Under the pieces are notes generated by a model. That model was given only the letters and a program-made list of their open reading frames with translations, searched no databases and was not told the DNA's origin. A stretch of DNA of 64,000 bases, from positions 64,001 to 128,000 of the forward strand of contig JAHQWK010000001.1 of assembly GCA_029856145.1 (NCBI GenBank), in the 5' to 3' direction. Made by a program: the position numbers and the translations under genes. Numbering within the stretch: position 1 is the first letter of the stretch; every line of letters starts with the position of its first letter. Positions 62,208-64,000 of the stretch are shown here, piece after piece. The DNA comes from Promethearchaeia archaeon (GTDB lineage Archaea > Asgardarchaeota > Lokiarchaeia > Sigyniarchaeales > SOKP01).

Positions 62208-62600
62208 TTGAAGGATAGAAATAGGCTTAAATTAACAATAATTACTTGGAAAACTTTAAACGGCCTCTGTATTCTGTTCAGTGCATTTTTATTAATGAGT
62301 ATTTTAACAGCTATTTATTATCTCATTGCTGATCCTCCAGATTTGCCTTGCCTTATGTGTGCTGGATGTCCCTGTCCATATAGAGATTTTATCATAGCCA
62401 GAACTTATTATCTTAATTTTTTATTCCCAACCTTGATTTTACTTAATACGATATTTATCGCTATTTGTATTATTTTAATTGCAATTCTGAAACATAAGTA
62501 TGACTCTCTCAAATTAACTCTTTTTAGAAAAAAATATGGAAACAGTGAGGATTTATTCAAAAAATATAAAGCTACACTTCAATCTAATGAAGTACATTAG
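62208..62600 (+). CDS. Two-TM membrane protein with a Cys-rich loop
   Basis: Two hydrophobic helices flanking PCLMCAGCPCP. Confidence 0.55.
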   Translation: MKDRNRLKLTIITWKTLNGLCILFSAFLLMSILTAIYYLIADPPDLPCLMCAGCPCPYRDFIIARTYYLNFLFPTLILLNTIFIAICIILIAILKHKYDSLKLTLFRKKYGNSEDLFKKYKATLQSNEVH

Positions 62601-62772
62601 AACTAGATTTATTAGAAATGTTGATGCCCATTCTCTCTATGTTCAGATGCGGTTTTTCAAAGGAATTTTCATTGAAATCAGACTCTGAATTTACCATTCA
62701 AGAAATTGGTTTATTTAAAAATTTCTATGTTACTAATGAAAGTTTCTAGTTTGCGAAACTATCGTAATTTAA

Positions 62773-63213
62773 ATGACTATGATATATGCATATAGTATAG
62801 TGCCAGGAAGTAAAAATCCAATAGAATCACATAAACATACAAAAAGAGAAGATCAAACAAGAAAATTAAAAGAATCAAATTATAAGTTGGAAATAGAAAA
62901 GTGGTACAAAGAAGGAAGGAAATTATCAATGAGGAGCCAGTTAGAAGAGATATTAATTAAAAAATCTGGGCTACCCCTATATAAATTAAGAATTTTGATA
63001 GATATATACGAAGGGAATGATTTTCGAAAACGTAAATCTTTCAAAAAAATAATCGATTATTTTCAGAACCTGAATCTTATTGAAAAGAAAGGAAATCAAT
63101 GGATTGTGTCGAAAAAGGGTAATTTATTAATGATAAAATTGTTTCCATTTTTAATAAAAAGTCTTGAATGGAGACCTAGTATGCTATTTCCAGAAGATTC
63201 TAGGGTATATTAA
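62773..63213 (+). CDS. Hypothetical protein with a winged-helix-like C-terminus
   Basis: IIDYFQNLNLIEKKGNQWIVSKKG wing pattern. Confidence 0.5.
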   Translation: MTMIYAYSIVPGSKNPIESHKHTKREDQTRKLKESNYKLEIEKWYKEGRKLSMRSQLEEILIKKSGLPLYKLRILIDIYEGNDFRKRKSFKKIIDYFQNLNLIEKKGNQWIVSKKGNLLMIKLFPFLIKSLEWRPSMLFPEDSRVY

Positions 63214-63413
63214 AAAAAAATCAATCAATTAACCAAAATTCTTTCCTTGAATGGATTTATAGATTACTCTTTTTGTTTCTATAATTTTATAAGATAAATT
63301 TGATTTTTATTGCTAATAAGCCATACACACTCTCTATTTTTTAGCATTGCATTATATTTTTCTTTCTGATAAACATTTAAAAAAGACTCTTAATTTACAT
63401 GTTTAGATTTAAA

Positions 63414-64000
63414 ATGAAATACAATTTTGATCGAATAATTGACCGTTTTGGTACTAACTCAGTTAAATGGGATAAGCATTTTCTTAAAGAAAAATTTGAA
63501 ACTGATGATATTTTACCACTTTGGGTTGCAGATATGGATTTTCAATGCCCCAAACCCGTGATTGATGCTTTAAAAAGGAGAGCTGCTGACGAAATTTTTG
63601 GATACAGCTTGTATAAAACTCCTACATATTTAGATGCTGTTTCAAACTGGATGAAACGAAGACATGGTTGGAAAATTGATAGTGAGTGGATAATATTCAG
63701 CCCTGGGATTGTTCCAGCTATTTATATGATAGTTCAAACTTTTACTAATGTGGGAGAGAAAGTAATCATCCAACCACCAGTATATTATCCATTTTTTAGT
63801 GCTGTAGAAAATAATGGACGTATTCTATTGACAAATCAATTACAGTATGAGAATAGGAGGTATACTTTTGATTTTGATGATTTTGAAGCAAAAGCTAAAG
63901 ATCCGCTAACGAAGCTGTTTATTCTCTGTAGTCCTCATAACCCTGTAGGGCGTGTATGGACAGAAAAAGAACTTAGAAGACTTGGAGATATATGTTTAGA
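63414..64000 (+). CDS. PLP-dependent cystathionine beta-lyase / aminotransferase, MalY/PatB family (runs off the window end)
   Basis: Manual translation MKYNFDRIIDRFGTNSVKWD..PLWVADMDF..QPPVYYPF..LCSPHNPVGRVW. Confidence 0.92.
   Translation, partial: MKYNFDRIIDRFGTNSVKWDKHFLKEKFETDDILPLWVADMDFQCPKPVIDALKRRAADEIFGYSLYKTPTYLDAVSNWMKRRHGWKIDSEWIIFSPGIVPAIYMIVQTFTNVGEKVIIQPPVYYPFFSAVENNGRILLTNQLQYENRRYTFDFDDFEAKAKDPLTKLFILCSPHNPVGRVWTEKELRRLGDICL

Noticed and set aside
58291-63213. Intact provirus or integrative element
   Set aside because: No integrase, capsid, replication gene or attR duplication was recognised

Overview
AT-rich (roughly 25-30% GC) archaeal chromosome segment. Its gene content points to an Asgard archaeon of Lokiarchaeia type: eS26, roadblock and longin/uDENN proteins, a SNAP-like TPR protein, a Get3/ArsA ATPase and the Wood-Ljungdahl subunit AcsC. 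Positions ~1-49 kb are mostly core genes: corrinoid protein, ABC transporters, RNase Z, AcsC, ADP-forming acyl-CoA synthetase, ChlI/D-CobN chelatase, TFB-Gar1-RaSEA-ArcS, AhcY, DnaG, the eS19-to-FtsY-SecE ribosomal cluster, YhbY-Rpp21-Nep1 and tRNA-Gly. Positions ~49.5-63 kb are accessory: a radical SAM/AlkD repair pair, three tandem NosD/CASH beta-helix surface proteins, then a tRNA-Phe followed by a rearranged island of HEPN-like, LAGLIDADG and LRR fragments. Highlights: (1) a tRNA-Phe(GAA) split by three non-canonical BHB introns; (2) a tandem Lrp/AsnC regulator carrying an internal TBP half-domain; (3) two adjacent RX4H HEPN-like genes beside that tRNA; (4) an unassigned ~300-nt structured RNA candidate within a longin/roadblock cluster; (5) repeated apparent ATT start codons, including in eS26; (6) three TATA / terminal-stem / U-tract small RNA or leader candidates. 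All calls come from reading the sequence by eye; no searches or folding programs were run.
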